DNA of 64,000 nucleotides from Clostridia bacterium (GTDB lineage Bacteria > Bacillota > Clostridia > UMGS1810), in the NCBI GenBank assembly GCA_017621495.1, contig JAGATB010000033.1:70310-134309 (forward strand), given 5' to 3'. The position numbers and the translations under genes were made by a program. Below, in pieces: positions 9,206-18,680 of this stretch. The notes beneath the pieces were generated by a model. It was not told the DNA's origin. It was given only the letters and a program-made list of their open reading frames with translations, and did not search any database. The first letter of the stretch is position 1. Each line of letters opens with the position of its first letter.

Positions 9206-11827
9206 ATGGACTACCACTGTTTATCAAAAAATGACGTAATTTTAAATTTAAAGACAGATTGTGATAAAGGTATCACAAGCAGCGAAGCGGCTGAAAGGCA
9301 GAATAAATACGGTAAAAATTTACTTGCTGAGAAAAAGCCCAAGACCGTGCTGCAGAGATTTTTGGAGCAATTCAAGGATGCTATGATAATCATACTTCTC
9401 GCAGCAGCGGCAGTTTCATTTGTTATAGCTGTAGTCGAAAATAACCCCAAGGAATTCTTTGAACCCATATTGATTTTGCTTATAGTGATTATCAATGCCG
9501 TAATGGGTGTCATGCAGGAGAGTAAAGCTGAGAAAGCCCTGGAAGCTCTTAAGAGCATGTCAGCTCCCCGTTCACGTGTTCTTCGGGACGGTGAGCAAGT
9601 AATCTTAGATTCATCAGAGCTTGTACCTGGTGACGTTATTTATATGGAAGCCGGAGACTTTGTACCGGCAGATGCACGCCTGATTCATAGTGTTAATTTA
9701 AAGAGCGAAGAGTCGGCACTCACCGGCGAATCCGTGCCTGCGGATAAAAATGCCGATGATACTGTAGATGACAAGGCGCCCATAGGAGACAGAACCACCA
9801 TGGTATATTCGGGCTGCAGTATTACCTACGGCACAGCAGTTGCAGTAGTCACAGCCACCGGCATGAATACCGAAATGGGTAAAATAGCCAATCTCCTTGA
9901 CAGAGAATCAGAAGCACGTACCCCCCTGCAGAAAAAGCTTGCACAGCTTGGTAAATATCTGGGATTTTTGGCATTGGCAGTTTGCGCTGTTATATTCGGT
10001 GTAGGTCTGGCAAACGGTATCCCCGTAATGGAAATCTTTATGACGGCGGTATCTTTGGCAGTTTCCGCCATACCGGAGGGATTGCCGGCTATAGTAACTA
10101 TCGTACTGTCAATAGGTGTCCAGAGACTAGCCAAAAAGAATGCCATAATACGCAGACTTCCAGCAGTGGAAACCCTCGGCGGTGCCTCTGTTATCTGCTC
10201 AGACAAAACAGGCACCCTTACTCAAAATCGTATGACCCTCACCAAGGCGTGGGTTTGCGGACAAAATCAATCTGAGGATATAACTGCAGTTAACAGCGAC
10301 GAAATTAAAAAGCTGCTCACATATGCCACATTGTGCTGTGATGGTACTGTAAGATTTGAGGATGGAAATCCTGTCCATATAGGCGACCCCACCGAGACAG
10401 CCATAATCTTAGCAGCACACAATAACGGCATGCCGCAACAGGAGCTTGGCGAAAAATATCCTCGTATGGCAGAGCTTCCCTTTGATTCTGACAGGAAGCT
10501 TATGACCTCTGTAAATAAAATAAACGATAAACCTGTTGTAATTGTTAAAGGTGCATTTGATATGCTGGCACAGCGCTGTACAAGCGGAGATTTGCAGGAA
10601 GCAAAGAGAATTAATGATGAGATGAGTTCTTCTGCACTAAGGGTTTTGGCAGTGGCGTATAAGGTAATAGACTCTTTGCCGGCAAACTTAACAAGTCAAG
10701 AATTGGAAAACAACCTGGAGCTCATGGGACTTGTGGGTATGATTGACCCGCCCAGACCCGAAGCAGCAGAAGCGGTGAGGGTGTGCCGTGAGGCGGGCAT
10801 AAGACCGGTTATGATTACCGGTGACCACGTAGTTACCGCCTCTGCCATAGCCGGTCAGCTTGGTATCCTCACAGATGGGCAGAGAGCAATCACCGGAGCG
10901 GAGCTTGATGCCATGACAGATGCTGAACTTGATAATATCGTAGAGAGTATTTCTGTTTATGCACGTGTATCGCCCGAAAATAAGATACGGATAGTAAAAG
11001 CATGGCAGAGAAAAGGACAGATAGTATCCATGACAGGAGACGGTGTAAACGATGCTCCGGCACTCAAAGCCGCAGATATCGGCTGTGCTATGGGTATTAC
11101 CGGTACAGATGTAGCCAAAGGTGCCTCGGATATGACCTTGGCTGATGATAACTTTGCCACAATTGTAGACGCAGTCAGAGAGGGCAGGGGCATATATACC
11201 AATATTAAGAAGGTAGTAGGCTTCCTGTTGGGTACCAATATAGGAGAGGTGGTCACGGTGTTTATTGCCATGCTCCTATGGCACAAGACACCTCTGCTAT
11301 CCATGCAGCTTCTTTGGATTAATCTGATTACAGACAGCTTGCCGGCAATAGCCCTGGGTATGGAGCCGGTAGAGGGCGATATCATGACCCATAAACCCCG
11401 CCCGCAAAACGAAGGACTGTTTGCGCACGGTTACGGTGTTCGTATAATTCTTCAGGGCATCATGTTCGGTATACTTGCGCTCATTGCTTTTGTTGTGGGT
11501 GCAAACATCACGGGTCTGCTCGAGGGTGCTCAGACTATGACGTTTATGGTGTTGGCTATTTCCCAGGTGTTGCAGGCGTACAATATGCGCTCCGAACGTT
11601 CACTGTTTAAAACAGGCTTCTTTACAAACAAAAAGCTCAATCAGGCTGCCGCGATTTCTTTGGCACTTATGGCAGTGGTACTGTTTACACCGCTGAGGAT
11701 AGTATTCGGTCTCATAAAATTGCCCGGTAAAGCATATCTCATAAGTGCATTGCTCTTTACTATACCCACAGTTATCATGGAATTTGCCAAAGCATTAGGA
11801 TTAATAAAGTCTGTAAGGAAATCATAA
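9206..11827 (+). CDS. Calcium-translocating P-type ATPase (PMCA/SERCA-like, YloB-type)
   Basis: Motifs TGES, CSDKTGTLTQN, MITGDH and TGDGVNDAPALKAADIG. It has 10-TM style hydrophobic segments and is 873 aa long. Confidence 0.9.
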   Translation: MDYHCLSKNDVILNLKTDCDKGITSSEAAERQNKYGKNLLAEKKPKTVLQRFLEQFKDAMIIILLAAAAVSFVIAVVENNPKEFFEPILILLIVIINAVMGVMQESKAEKALEALKSMSAPRSRVLRDGEQVILDSSELVPGDVIYMEAGDFVPADARLIHSVNLKSEESALTGESVPADKNADDTVDDKAPIGDRTTMVYSGCSITYGTAVAVVTATGMNTEMGKIANLLDRESEARTPLQKKLAQLGKYLGFLALAVCAVIFGVGLANGIPVMEIFMTAVSLAVSAIPEGLPAIVTIVLSIGVQRLAKKNAIIRRLPAVETLGGASVICSDKTGTLTQNRMTLTKAWVCGQNQSEDITAVNSDEIKKLLTYATLCCDGTVRFEDGNPVHIGDPTETAIILAAHNNGMPQQELGEKYPRMAELPFDSDRKLMTSVNKINDKPVVIVKGAFDMLAQRCTSGDLQEAKRINDEMSSSALRVLAVAYKVIDSLPANLTSQELENNLELMGLVGMIDPPRPEAAEAVRVCREAGIRPVMITGDHVVTASAIAGQLGILTDGQRAITGAELDAMTDAELDNIVESISVYARVSPENKIRIVKAWQRKGQIVSMTGDGVNDAPALKAADIGCAMGITGTDVAKGASDMTLADDNFATIVDAVREGRGIYTNIKKVVGFLLGTNIGEVVTVFIAMLLWHKTPLLSMQLLWINLITDSLPAIALGMEPVEGDIMTHKPRPQNEGLFAHGYGVRIILQGIMFGILALIAFVVGANITGLLEGAQTMTFMVLAISQVLQAYNMRSERSLFKTGFFTNKKLNQAAAISLALMAVVLFTPLRIVFGLIKLPGKAYLISALLFTIPTVIMEFAKALGLIKSVRKS

Positions 11828-11892
11828 TAGATTAAACCGTAGTTTGCTGCTGTGAATTGTCCAAGTGAAAGACACTCACTGTGTAAGCTATA

Positions 11893-11938
11893 CTGTCAAC
11901 TTAAGCCGTCTCCCTGAGGAGAAGACTTAAGTTGACAG
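11893..11938. repeat. 46-nt near-perfect hairpin between convergent genes (possible bidirectional terminator without U tracts)
   Basis: CTGTCAACTTAAG ... CTTAAGTTGACAG is a perfect 13-bp inverted repeat, with inner TCTCC/GGAGA pairing. Confidence 0.6.
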
Positions 11939-11959
11939 GCTTTACCTGCTTATTAAATC

Positions 11960-12802
11960 TCAGTTTACATTATGTCGTTTTCTGTATTCTGCCGGTGTCA
12001 ATCCGAATTTGTTTGTAAACACCTTATAAAACCATGATAAATTTTCAAAACCACATTCATAGCATATTTCGGTAACTGTAAGATTACTTGCTATCAGCAG
12101 ATTAACGCAGTATTCCAGTCTCATATCATTTACCAGTGCAGAGGGAGAGGTGTTATAATATTTTTTCAACGAGCGACACAGATGCTCACGACTTTTGGGG
12201 CAGATTTGGTAAAGTCTGTCTATACCTTGTATAAAGTTGGAAGGTTTTTTCATTTTTTCATACGTCATTTCAAGCCATAATGGTATTTCTGTCTTGCTTT
12301 CGGAGTAATTAAAGAAATATTGCATGAATATGTTCATAAGCAGGGCGCGCAGCTTGATTTTTATCGTTGCCTTATCGTCACTGCCGCCGCCAAGCTCTGT
12401 CATTGAATAGAATATCTTTTCACGTTCTCTTTCAGGCAATATCACACTTGGAGGGTACTTGGCACTAAGCAGTTCTCCTGACGGAAATCTTTCTCCCAGA
12501 TATGTAAATAAATCTTCGAGATTGTCTTTGGTGAAAGCCAGATTAATAAATTCGAAGTAATCACCCGTGGCACTTTTGTAGTCGTGCACATCGAAGTCAC
12601 GTATAAACAGTAATTGTCCCGGAATTAAATTTTGCTCCTTGGAGTTTATAACGTGGCAAACATCTCCCTTAAGAACCACAAATATCTCGTAGTAATTGTG
12701 ATAATGCGGGCGAAAGTGCTCCGTATCACTTCTTACATATCTGCATGTGCAGCCACACTCTATATCTATTTGTTTGATTTTGTCCAGCATTTTTATATCC
12801 AT
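11960..12802 (-). CDS. AraC-family transcriptional regulator (cupin sensor domain plus HTH)
   Basis: The C-terminal AraC HTH is TVTEICYECGFENLSWFYKVFTNKFGLTPAEYR. The N-terminus is cupin-like (HYHNYYEIFVVLKGD). It is divergent from the ARH/GH38/HAD genes. Confidence 0.9.
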   Translation of the reverse strand: MDIKMLDKIKQIDIECGCTCRYVRSDTEHFRPHYHNYYEIFVVLKGDVCHVINSKEQNLIPGQLLFIRDFDVHDYKSATGDYFEFINLAFTKDNLEDLFTYLGERFPSGELLSAKYPPSVILPEREREKIFYSMTELGGGSDDKATIKIKLRALLMNIFMQYFFNYSESKTEIPLWLEMTYEKMKKPSNFIQGIDRLYQICPKSREHLCRSLKKYYNTSPSALVNDMRLEYCVNLLIASNLTVTEICYECGFENLSWFYKVFTNKFGLTPAEYRKRHNVN

Positions 12803-12914
12803 AAATAATCACCCTATATCACAATACCATAAAACTTATGTCACGTCAATAGTTGCGGTAAAAAAAATAAAAGTTTATTATATAATTATACTAATGCTTA
12901 TGAGGAGGCGAAAT

Positions 12915-14465
12915 ATGAAAATAAATAATATTAATTTCTTGGACAAGGTGCATGGATGTTGGTACGGAAAGTGTCTTGGAGGTGCCGCAGGTGCACCAAA
13001 GGAAGGAATAAAAAAGCTTATTGATATAAGTGATTTCACAGAAATTTACAATCCTGACCTTCCGAATGATGACTTGGATTTACAGCTTTTATGGTTGGAT
13101 GTTCTGGAAAACAAGGGATATGAAATCACTTCCTGCGATCTGGCAGATGCGTGGACAGAAAAATGTTGGTATACATTTTCGGAATATGGTTATTTTATGA
13201 AAAATTATATGCGCGGAATAAAGCCGCCGTATTCAGGAATAATAAATAACTCATTTTTCAAGGAAGGCATGGGTTGTCCTATTCGTTCTGAAATATGGGG
13301 AATTATCTGTGCAGGCAGACCTGAATTGGCAGTAAAATACGCTTATCTTGATGGCTGTCTTGACCACGCAGACAATTCTGTTTATGCTGAGCAATTTCTT
13401 TCTGCGGTTGAAGCAATGGCGTTTTTTGAGGATGATATCGAAAAACTGATAAGGCAGGGGATGAAATATATTCCGTCAGATTGCAAGCTATATGAATGCT
13501 TCGAAATGATTCTGAGCATGCAGGATAAGCCATGGCAATATGTAAGGCAAGAAGCTTTGAATAATTTTGGACATCCTGATTTTACTAATGTTGTACAGAA
13601 TCTTGCTATGATAGTGATTGCCTTGTTGTACGGAAAAGGTGATATGAGGCAAACAATAAATATTGCTTTAAGATGCGGATATGACACGGATTGTACCTGT
13701 GGCTCTGCTGCTTCAATTGTCGGGATTATCAAAGGATATAGTAATTTGGGTGAGCTTGCAGGTCTTATTAATGACTATTTTGTATGCGGTATAGATGTAC
13801 ATCGTCCGTCCGATAGCATTAAAAAGCTGGCAGAGGATACTGTTCGCTTAGCAGAAAATATGCCTGAAATTGTTAATCTTGACCTTATATATCCTACAAA
13901 TGAGGGAATTGAAGAAGCAAAAAAGGTAACTGAGCCTGTCAAGTGGCGGATATACGGTCCGTATTATGACCAGCTTAATAAGCCGATAAATCCGGATTAT
14001 CCCAGCCCTCATGGTGAGGGGTGTGTTCTTCCTGACCTTGTATGTATGGTTAACAATGAAGCTTTTCTGGAAAAAGAATATGATAAGGGCGAATTGGCAT
14101 ATACCATAGAGGCATACGAGGACTTAATAGATATTGAGGGGTATATCCGCATGGAAGGACAGTATGCTTGCATGGCGGAAACAACTGTTGTTTCGCATGA
14201 AGATAAAAGGGTGTGGGCGATAATTGGAAACAATGATGCTTTTTCACTTTGCGTAAACGGTGAAAAGCTTCTTGAAAAGGATGAAATAAGGCTATGGACT
14301 CCCTACAATAATTTTTGCCTTATTGATTTGAAAAAGGGAGAAAACAAGCTCAGCATAAAGCTGCTCAGGAGAACAGAAAAGCTCAAGTTTTCAATAGGTC
14401 TCAGGATTTATAACGGACAGCACTGGCACAGAAGCAGATGGTGTACAGATTTGAAATACAAATAA
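12915..14465 (+). CDS. ADP-ribosylglycohydrolase (ARH)-fold protein with a C-terminal ~170-aa beta-sandwich-like domain
   Basis: ARH signatures are present: GKCLGGAAGAPKEG, LPNDDLDLQLLW and RCGYDTDCTCGSAASIVGIIKG. The start is set at ATG 12915 (GAGGAGG SD). There is no signal peptide. Confidence 0.8.
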   Translation: MKINNINFLDKVHGCWYGKCLGGAAGAPKEGIKKLIDISDFTEIYNPDLPNDDLDLQLLWLDVLENKGYEITSCDLADAWTEKCWYTFSEYGYFMKNYMRGIKPPYSGIINNSFFKEGMGCPIRSEIWGIICAGRPELAVKYAYLDGCLDHADNSVYAEQFLSAVEAMAFFEDDIEKLIRQGMKYIPSDCKLYECFEMILSMQDKPWQYVRQEALNNFGHPDFTNVVQNLAMIVIALLYGKGDMRQTINIALRCGYDTDCTCGSAASIVGIIKGYSNLGELAGLINDYFVCGIDVHRPSDSIKKLAEDTVRLAENMPEIVNLDLIYPTNEGIEEAKKVTEPVKWRIYGPYYDQLNKPINPDYPSPHGEGCVLPDLVCMVNNEAFLEKEYDKGELAYTIEAYEDLIDIEGYIRMEGQYACMAETTVVSHEDKRVWAIIGNNDAFSLCVNGEKLLEKDEIRLWTPYNNFCLIDLKKGENKLSIKLLRRTEKLKFSIGLRIYNGQHWHRSRWCTDLKYK

Positions 14466-14523
14466 TCAGAGAATGGATTGATTTTTAAAATTATTGTATA
14501 GTGATTTTGGGAGGAAAAGGAAA

Positions 14524-17289
14524 ATGAAAATGCATGTTATATCCAATACACATTGGGACAGAGAACATAGACATTCTTTTCAGTATACAAGACTAATGCT
14601 TGTAAAACTAATGGATGATCTAATTGAAATTATGGAAAAAGATTCGGAATATAAATTTTTTACTCTGGATGGTCAGAGTATAATGCTTCATGATTATCTT
14701 GAAGTCAGACCACATATGAGACTAAGACTTGAAAAGCTTATTAAAGACGGAAGAATTTTAATCGGACCATGGTATAGTCTCGTGGATTGCTATAGTGTTA
14801 ATCCGGAAAGTATTATCCGTAACCTGCTCTACGGTGATAAGATTTGCCACGAATTCGGTAAGCCAATGAAAGTAGGATATTCCATTTTTTCATTTGGACA
14901 AATTGCCCAGCTTCCGCAGATTTATAATGGTTTTGGTATAAAAGATATAATGTTTTACAAAGGTGCTAATGACAAGGCGTTTCCCAAAAGTGAATTCATT
15001 TGGACTGCACCGGACGGTAGCAAAGCAATTGCTACAAGACTCGGCAAGGAAAAAAGATGGAATTTTTATTTTGCATTTACAATTCCGGTTGTTTTGGGCG
15101 GCAATGCTTTCAAACCGGGATGGGCATCAAGCTTTCTGAACGAGAATCGTTTGGTGCATATGATAGACAATACATATAAAAATTTGTATGCTGATGAAAT
15201 GCAGACAAAGAGAAGCATTAATATTGACAAAATAGAAGCTGCTGTTTCCGAATTAATAGACGATACAAAAAGCAGTGTTTCTGATGATGTAAAAGTTGGG
15301 TTTGATGGCACAGACTTCATTGCTCCCATAAAAGAAATTCCGGCTGCATTAAAGTCAGCTAATGAAACGCAGGAGCGCATGGAATTTATTCATTCCAACC
15401 CTGTTGAATATTTTAAGGAGTTTCGTGAAAATGTAATGGGTAAAGAAATGCAGGAGTATACCGGGGAGATGCGTTTTGGTCCTGTTGATAGTTTGCATAG
15501 CGAAACAATGGGGAATAACATTGAAATTAAAATACTCGATGCAAATGTAGAAAATCAGCTTATAGCATATGCAGAGACTTTATCTTCATTATCATTCATG
15601 CTTAACGGCAAGTATCCGAAAGATGAATTAGATACAGCTTGGAGATATTTATTTCAGGCTCATGCTCATGATTCAATACATGGCTCAGGCGACCCTCAAA
15701 TTAAACTTGATAACATTAACAGACTTCAGCAAATAGATGAAATGTCAAAGTATATTATAAAGAACTCTGTTCAGACTATAGCAGCACATATTGATTTGTC
15801 GGAATATGAAAATGATGATATTCTGATTATGGTATTTAACCCGACTATTTACAGCAGAAACGAAGTAATTAATTTGCATTTGGATATTCCTCGCGAAGAG
15901 CGTGTTAAAGATTTCTGGATTGAGGAATCTGACGGCAGCCGTGTTGAAATGTATTCCATCGAAAAAAAAGATGTCAATATGGCAATGATGAATGAAGCTA
16001 TGCGTCCCAAAACCGTTATGTGCGAAAGAGCAGACGTTGATATTTTTGTTAAGGATATACCTGCATACGGATATAAGCTTTTGAAATTAAAAAGACAAAA
16101 GGGAAGTGCTGATGATTATCCGGCTCCATTTCCTCCGGGCGTATTTCCATACAATCCAATCGGCAAATCGGGAAATGTATTGGACAATGGTTTTATTCGT
16201 GCAGAAATAAAGTCTGACGGTACAATTGATGTTTATGATTACGAAACCAATAAGAGATATACAAAACTTCATTATTTTGAAGATACGGGTTGCAGCGGTG
16301 ATTTCTGGGTTCACAGAGAACCGGAGTCCAATCGGGTGATTTCTTCAATCGGAATGAATACGACAATTTCTCTTGTTCGAAATTCTTCACTGTGTGCAAC
16401 ATACAGGGTTAAGATAGATATGAGTATACCCAAGTCCTTATCTCAGGACAAGAAAAGCAGGAGTGATGAAAATACTATCAATCAGATTGTGTATGAAGTT
16501 ACTTTGGCTAAAAATGATAAAAAGCTTACATTCAAAACAATGGTGATTAATAACGCAAGCGGACATATGCTTACACTGAATATACCGACCTCAATACAGT
16601 TTGATGAGGTTTTGACAGACGTGGCATTTGAAACAAGAAAAAGAAAAATTAATGATTTTACAAATAATAACGGAAAAATGGGACCTGAGCTTTCAAGGTT
16701 TGCAGTACAGAACTTTGTTGATGCATTCGACGGCAACAGCGGTTTGACACTTATGACAAAGGGGCTAAAGGAAATAGGAGCATATAAGGAATTTGACGGG
16801 ATTTTGTACAAACTGACATTGCTACGCTCTGTGAGTGGTACTTTCCCGGTTCATAATGATTGTTTCGTTTCATTTGATAACGAAAATTCCGACAGCATTG
16901 GTAAAATCAACTATGAGTATGCATTGTATTTCCATAGCGAAAAGGCAAACATAATAGAAGAAACCAAGAAATATATTACACCTATGATTTCTGCCGAGAT
17001 TGGAAACGGAAGCGGCGGAATTTTGCCGGAGGTACACAGCTTTATCAATTCTAATGTAACTGTAGCTGCAATTAAGCTTGCAGAAAATAAAAAAGGTCTG
17101 ATAATAAGATTAAGCAATCCTACTGACATATCTGAATTTGCAAATGTCGAATTCTTTAAGTCAATTAAAACAGCTTTCTTATGCAATATGCTGGAGGAAA
17201 AAGAGACAGATGTTTCAATTGATAATAATAAGATATCATTTGAGCTCAGTGCGTATAAAATAGCTACTTTATATGTTGAATTTAATTGA
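14524..17289 (+). CDS. GH38-like protein (alpha-mannosidase / mannosylglycerate-hydrolase family) lacking the canonical nucleophile Asp
   Basis: The N-terminus NTHWDREH, LIGPWYSLVD, GKPMKVGYSIFSFGQIAQLPQIYNGFGI and QAHAHDSIHGSG align with bacterial GH38 (MngB-type) motifs. The expected PD(S/T)FG reads IFSFG. The start is at the SD-supported ATG 14524. Confidence 0.8.
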   Translation: MKMHVISNTHWDREHRHSFQYTRLMLVKLMDDLIEIMEKDSEYKFFTLDGQSIMLHDYLEVRPHMRLRLEKLIKDGRILIGPWYSLVDCYSVNPESIIRNLLYGDKICHEFGKPMKVGYSIFSFGQIAQLPQIYNGFGIKDIMFYKGANDKAFPKSEFIWTAPDGSKAIATRLGKEKRWNFYFAFTIPVVLGGNAFKPGWASSFLNENRLVHMIDNTYKNLYADEMQTKRSINIDKIEAAVSELIDDTKSSVSDDVKVGFDGTDFIAPIKEIPAALKSANETQERMEFIHSNPVEYFKEFRENVMGKEMQEYTGEMRFGPVDSLHSETMGNNIEIKILDANVENQLIAYAETLSSLSFMLNGKYPKDELDTAWRYLFQAHAHDSIHGSGDPQIKLDNINRLQQIDEMSKYIIKNSVQTIAAHIDLSEYENDDILIMVFNPTIYSRNEVINLHLDIPREERVKDFWIEESDGSRVEMYSIEKKDVNMAMMNEAMRPKTVMCERADVDIFVKDIPAYGYKLLKLKRQKGSADDYPAPFPPGVFPYNPIGKSGNVLDNGFIRAEIKSDGTIDVYDYETNKRYTKLHYFEDTGCSGDFWVHREPESNRVISSIGMNTTISLVRNSSLCATYRVKIDMSIPKSLSQDKKSRSDENTINQIVYEVTLAKNDKKLTFKTMVINNASGHMLTLNIPTSIQFDEVLTDVAFETRKRKINDFTNNNGKMGPELSRFAVQNFVDAFDGNSGLTLMTKGLKEIGAYKEFDGILYKLTLLRSVSGTFPVHNDCFVSFDNENSDSIGKINYEYALYFHSEKANIIEETKKYITPMISAEIGNGSGGILPEVHSFINSNVTVAAIKLAENKKGLIIRLSNPTDISEFANVEFFKSIKTAFLCNMLEEKETDVSIDNNKISFELSAYKIATLYVEFN

Positions 17290-17314
17290 GTCTTGCTACA
17301 GAAGGGATGCGTTG

Positions 17315-18244
17315 ATGATGAATGAAATACAAAAAAATCAGTTGTTCGAGTCAGGAAAAGACGGGGTGAGAAAAATCCTTACCCCTGATGACAAAAAAAT
17401 AGACATAGTTGAATTCGATGATAAAAAGCTCTGTTATGTAAAAAGCGGTATGGGTTATCCTGGGATTTATCCCATGCATGAAACATATTTTGAACCTAAA
17501 GCGGAAGCAATTCTTATGGACTTAGACGGCACCAGTGTACATAGTGAAAGCTTTTGGATGTGGGTGATTGAGCAAACAACGGCGAGACTTCTGGGCGATA
17601 AGAGTTTTAAAAGAGAAGCAGAAGACGAACCGTTCATATCAGGACATTCAGTTTCGGAACACCTGCAATATATGATTGATAAATATGCAAAAGACAGTAG
17701 TCTAGAATTGGCAAGGCAGTATTATTTTGAAATTGTAAATTACGAAATGGATGAAATCATGAAGGGCAGAGGCAAACAGGACGCATTTACTCCTGCGCCA
17801 AACCTTAAGGAGTTTTTAACTACCGTAAAAAAAGAAGGCATAAAGATAGGGCTTGTCACAAGCGGACTTTATGAGAAAGCCATGCCGGAAATTATTTCTG
17901 CATTTAAACAGCTTGATATGGGAAATCCGGTTGATTTCTATGATGCAATTATAACGGCAGGGCAAGCGCTGCGCAGAGGGCAGACCGGAACTCTCGGTGA
18001 GCTTGCTCCCAAGCCGCATCCCTGGCTTTATGCAGAAACAGCAAGAGTTGGTCTGGGTATTCCGTTTGAAAGGAGACACAAGGTAATCGGCATAGAGGAC
18101 TCTTCGGCAGGTGTTGTGTCAATCAAACTTGCAGGTTTCAGCTGCGCCGGTATATCAGGCGGTAATATACTGCAAGCAGGTGTAGGAGATATGTGTGATT
18201 ATAAGATTAATAATCTTATGGATTTGCTTGATATTATATTATAA
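17315..18244 (+). CDS. HAD-IA family hydrolase (beta-phosphoglucomutase/phosphatase-like) with a ~75-aa N-terminal extension
   Basis: HAD motifs LMDLDGTSV (DxD), GLVTSG and IEDSSAGVVSIKLAGF. The start choice (ATG 17315) follows GAAGGGA. Confidence 0.8.
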   Translation: MMNEIQKNQLFESGKDGVRKILTPDDKKIDIVEFDDKKLCYVKSGMGYPGIYPMHETYFEPKAEAILMDLDGTSVHSESFWMWVIEQTTARLLGDKSFKREAEDEPFISGHSVSEHLQYMIDKYAKDSSLELARQYYFEIVNYEMDEIMKGRGKQDAFTPAPNLKEFLTTVKKEGIKIGLVTSGLYEKAMPEIISAFKQLDMGNPVDFYDAIITAGQALRRGQTGTLGELAPKPHPWLYAETARVGLGIPFERRHKVIGIEDSSAGVVSIKLAGFSCAGISGGNILQAGVGDMCDYKINNLMDLLDIIL

Positions 18245-18344
18245 TTTTTTGTATATGTGTTAAATTTACTTCATAATGTGGTTATATGAGGTAGTTACCC
18301 TGAAGTTCGTTAGATAATAATTTTTAAATTTTTTAAAATAATAG

Positions 18345-18373
18345 TTGAAATATTCTCAAAAATAGTGTATAAT
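18345..18373 (+). promoter_or_regulatory. Sigma-A promoter of the SRP RNA gene
   Basis: TTGAAA (18345-18350), a 17-nt spacer, then TGtTATAAT (18366-18373). This predicts a TSS at about 18380, which coincides with the RNA 5' helix. Confidence 0.7.
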
Positions 18374-18379
18374 AATAAA

Positions 18380-18644
18380 GTCGTACAGCCGGGGCAGTAG
18401 CGGCGCCCTGTACTTGCAATCCGCTATAGCAAGGGTTATATCCTTTTTGAGGGTTTATCAGAATAGTAAAGTGTCAGTTAAGTGGTGTTGAGAGCCGGGT
18501 CTTGCGCGATGAACGCGCGTGAACCTGGTCAGGTGAGGAATCAAGCAGCCATAAGCGTTTGCGAACATGTGCCGCGAGGCAGCCCGGTTTGAGCTAACTG
18601 ATTGATAACGGCTGTTCTGTGAATTCGATTTAAGGATGTACGAC
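18380..18644 (+). ncRNA. ffs: Signal recognition particle RNA, long Bacillus-type (Alu domain plus S domain)
   Basis: GGCAGTAGCGGCGCCCTGTACTTGCAATCCGCTATAGCAAGGG matches the Bacillus scRNA Alu domain from memory, as do GAACCTGGTCAGGTGAGGAATCAAGCAGCCATAAG and GAGCTAACTG. The 5' GTCGTACAGCCG pairs with 3' CGGCTGT...GTACGAC. A T6 run follows. It sits in the conserved position upstream of dnaX. Confidence 0.93.
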
Positions 18645-18680
18645 TTTTTTATTAAGTATGATTTGTACGGAGGATTTATT

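Noticed and set aside
12747-12914. Upstream extension of the ARH ORF, and similar 5' extensions at 2633, 6575, 14494, 18636, 23757, 36175 and 39927
   Set aside because: The extensions overlap divergent or upstream genes, promoters or the SRP RNA. They lack an SD, whereas an internal start with a good SD matches the canonical family N-terminus in each case.
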